Assembly (NCBI RefSeq): GCF_022045235.1 | Contig: NW_027266275.1 | Location: forward strand, 24,180,001 to 24,244,000 | Direction of reading: 5' to 3' | DNA: 64,000 nt | DNA from: Haliotis cracherodii | Taxonomy: Eukaryota | Shown here: piece after piece, positions 61,201 to 64,000 of the stretch | Numbering within the stretch: position 1 is the stretch's first letter | Layout of the letters: every line of letters begins with the position of its first letter | The notes under the pieces: generated by a model | The model's input: only the letters and a program-made list of their open reading frames with translations | Told to the model about the DNA's origin: nothing | Databases searched by the model: none | Translations under genes and position numbers: made by a program

Positions 61201-61585
61201 TTGAGTGTGACATAGTGAACAGACGCGGTCTTCTCTCAGTAGTGGTACGTGACTCTTTTTTCACTCTTATGGCGCCATGCAGGTATAAATAGCACATTAC
61301 ATACAACTCCGGCTATAACGAACTACTGGCTATACCGAACACACCTGTAATCACGGAACAGTGGTGCAAACTGAACTGTTTAAGTGAATGAATGAACTAG
61401 AACCGGTCTGATATATTTGGGTAGAGTTCGTAATATCAGGGGTGCAGTGTATACAGGTACACACCCGTCTCTACTTGGCCTCATAGCGTCCTAAAGCCCA
61501 CGTATTCGTGTGATTAAGAAGAAAGCGTTTCTAAAATGATTTTCTATTTTCATGTATGTTTACTGCGATGTTCATGAACAGGAAA
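58205..61585. repeat. About 310-bp inverted repeat pair (58205-58518 and 61266-61585)
   Basis: Shared runs such as atattacgaactctacccaaata and gttatagccggagttgta occur in opposite orientation. Confidence 0.8.
59822..60345 (+). mobile_element. Tandem dimer of SINE family C
   Basis: Two head-to-tail copies (59822-60060 and 60061-60345). The flanks share tattwtgaaca. Confidence 0.85.
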
Positions 61586-61781
61586 GGTTCGAATCCCGGT
61601 TCGCCCCAATTATGTTTCTAGGTTTGTCAGCACCATACCGGTGCTCGTGGGTTTCACCGAAGTGGTAAACGTCTGAGACCTGCATCACTTCGGGCTTTCC
61701 TCCCACATTAAGCTGACACGCCGTGATATAACTGGAATACTGTTAAAAGCGGCGTTTAACCCAACTCACCCACCCACCCAC
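61586..61781 (+). mobile_element. 5'-truncated SINE family C copy
   Basis: 13-bp TSD catgaacaggaaa on both sides. Confidence 0.85.
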
Positions 61782-64000
61782 CATGAACAGGAAAACAGCA
61801 CCTACTGACACTCAGAGTTTAATATACGAGTGATGATGCAGTTGACTACTATAGAACTTATTGCGACATAGCTTTGTATTGTATACAACGTAAGCGTGGT
61901 TAGATGTCACCCTGACCAATTTGAAAGCAGAATAAGGACGGGGGATATTTGAACATTCGAACGCTGTGTCATACCTGAGTGAGCTTCTGGGTGTACGCTG
62001 GTCCCAAGACCAGAGCTACTGCGCATGTCGGCCGTGTGTATACTGGTATGTGTGTTGGTTAAACATCGCTTGATTAAATATGCTATAATTAGATCTCTCT
62101 TTAACTTTAATTGAACATGGAAATATTATCGTGAAAGAGGCAATTGCACCTTGAAAATCATGAAAACACATTTTAATTTCAAATTTCAAATTTCAAATTT
62201 AATTTATGAAGTTCGGATAGGTTAACATGAAAGCAGTCACGCGTCTTCTCCAGATTAGTAATCTACCTCCTTTAATTTGGGAAGATAGGAAAATAGTTTC
62301 TAGGTAACGATTACGTTTTAATTCTGGTTCGTTGCTTTAGAGTAGAGTGTGAAGCGTGGTGGTGAAAGTCTCTCTGCAGACACGTGCCCGCATCACGGAA
62401 TGTACTTTCACGGCTTGAAGACCTCTGCTATTAAGGCAACATGAGCTATTAAACTCAACACCTCTTAGCGTGTTATACTCACAAAAGTAAAATTTTCGGA
62501 ATTTGGGGTAAATGAATTGCCATGCAGAGAGAAAGCTTGGAAAGTTTGTTTTTTTATTTACCTGTCATCTTCTGGTAATAGGCCTTAGGAAAACACGTTT
62601 AAAGGCGAATGAGTAACGTGTCAAGTAGTTTTTAGCAATCTTAATGTTTATTCAGTAGTGCGCTCATGAACAGTTATGAAGAACGCATGCACTGTTTTCA
62701 TAGAACATCGCGATAATAGGACCGGCTGGCAAATTTTGCTTCGTGTACATTTACCAGAACGTAGACTTCAGAAGGTCGGTTTTCTCAGCAAAGCAGAATT
62801 ATTCATAAAAATCCTCTTTCATACTAACATGTCAACAATTCTTGTATTCATCCACATTCATGATCATCGCCGTCATTTAAACCCATAATCATTATTATCA
62901 TTACTATCACCACAGCCGACATCCCGATACAAACGGCCGGTGACGATTCCGGGGTAGAATAGGTCTTTAGCTACCCATTCTTGCCGTTAAAGGCGACTAT
63001 GCTTGTCGTAAGAGGCGACTAACAGGATCGGGTGGTCAGGCTCGCTGACTTGGTTGATGCATGTCATCGTATCTCAATTGCGTGGATGGAAGGTGATTAT
63101 GTCAATCACTGGATTGTCTGGTCCAGACTCGATCATTTAGAGGCCGCCGTCATATAGCTGGAATATTACTGAGCGCAGCGTTATACAACAAACAAACAAT
63201 GTAAACAACATTACCATTACCTATCTCTTCCCAATCACCATGACCATTTGTGTCAGCACCACAAGGATCATAATCGCCACCCCCGCAATATTGATCGTCC
63301 GAAATTCTTTTATTTTTATGATCATAATTTTATATAATCCGAGTGTACAACCCCGTGAAGATCCGGGGTGGAATAGGTCTTCAGGGACCCTGCTTGTCGT
63401 AAGAGACGAATATGCTTGTCGTAAGAGGGGGCTAACGGAGCGGAATGACAGGCTCGCTGACTTAGTTGATGCATATCATCGTATCCCAATTGCGTGGATC
63501 GATGCTCATGATGTCAATCACTGGATTGTCTGGTCCAGACTCGATTATTTACAGACCGCCGTCATATAGCTGGAATATTGCTGGGTGCGGCGTTAAACAA
63601 CAAACAAACAAGCCAATAAACAAACGAATGTATTAACACTCGACCGTCAGTCACTTATATATCTTGTGTCGGTAAGTTAAGACCCGAACTAGAACCAGAC
63701 GGCTATCTCTAAGTTGAGTAGTAAGATAAGAACGGCTTCCGGAAGTGACCACCGGAAGTGTTTGACCAATATGTACATCTTAGTTTACATGCCGTAGCTG
63801 TTGGAGTGATTAGTAATAGATATGTACTTATTTGTATATGAACCGTGAGAAGCTAATCGACACGCTTCCGTATGCATGACGAGTAACATTCCAATGAGCG
63901 GTTGTTAGCAAGCGTCTGAGGTGACTTGTGGCCAGATTGCTGTGTGCCCATGTCTCGCCTCTGTCTTCTACAGTCTATGTCATCAGTTCCCGATAACCAA

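Noticed and set aside
61031-61230. Candidate SDR exon 2 (also after the acceptor-like site near 63973)
   Set aside because: The phase-1 translation does not continue the TGCDxGxG motif.

Overview
Repeat-rich animal genomic DNA with spliceosomal introns and two N gaps. The SINE and Penelope repertoire and the gene content suggest a mollusc, possibly a gastropod such as abalone (inference). Host genes reconstructed by hand: (1) a 4-exon gene (1482-9219, +) encoding an atypical TIR domain followed by two SH3-like domains, with a decayed second TIR exon just downstream; (2) a gene whose single coding exon (19526-20833, +) fuses a degenerate Ras/Rab-like GTPase domain to an intact caspase-8-like domain (SHG, QACQG); (3) a cluster of secreted GH49-like (dextranase/isopullulanase-type beta-helix) glycosidases, with two intact 2-exon genes, one pseudogene and probable relics, likely of microbial origin; (4) NDUFS6, in which two of four zinc ligands are Ser; (5) exon 1 of a membrane-anchored SDR. 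Mobile DNA: a near-intact I/Nimb-type LINE, four SINE families, Penelope-like, mariner and other LINE remnants, MITEs and several minisatellites. The best candidates for an undescribed system are the GTPase-caspase fusion and its TIR-SH3-SH3 neighbour. All calls were made by eye, without database searches.
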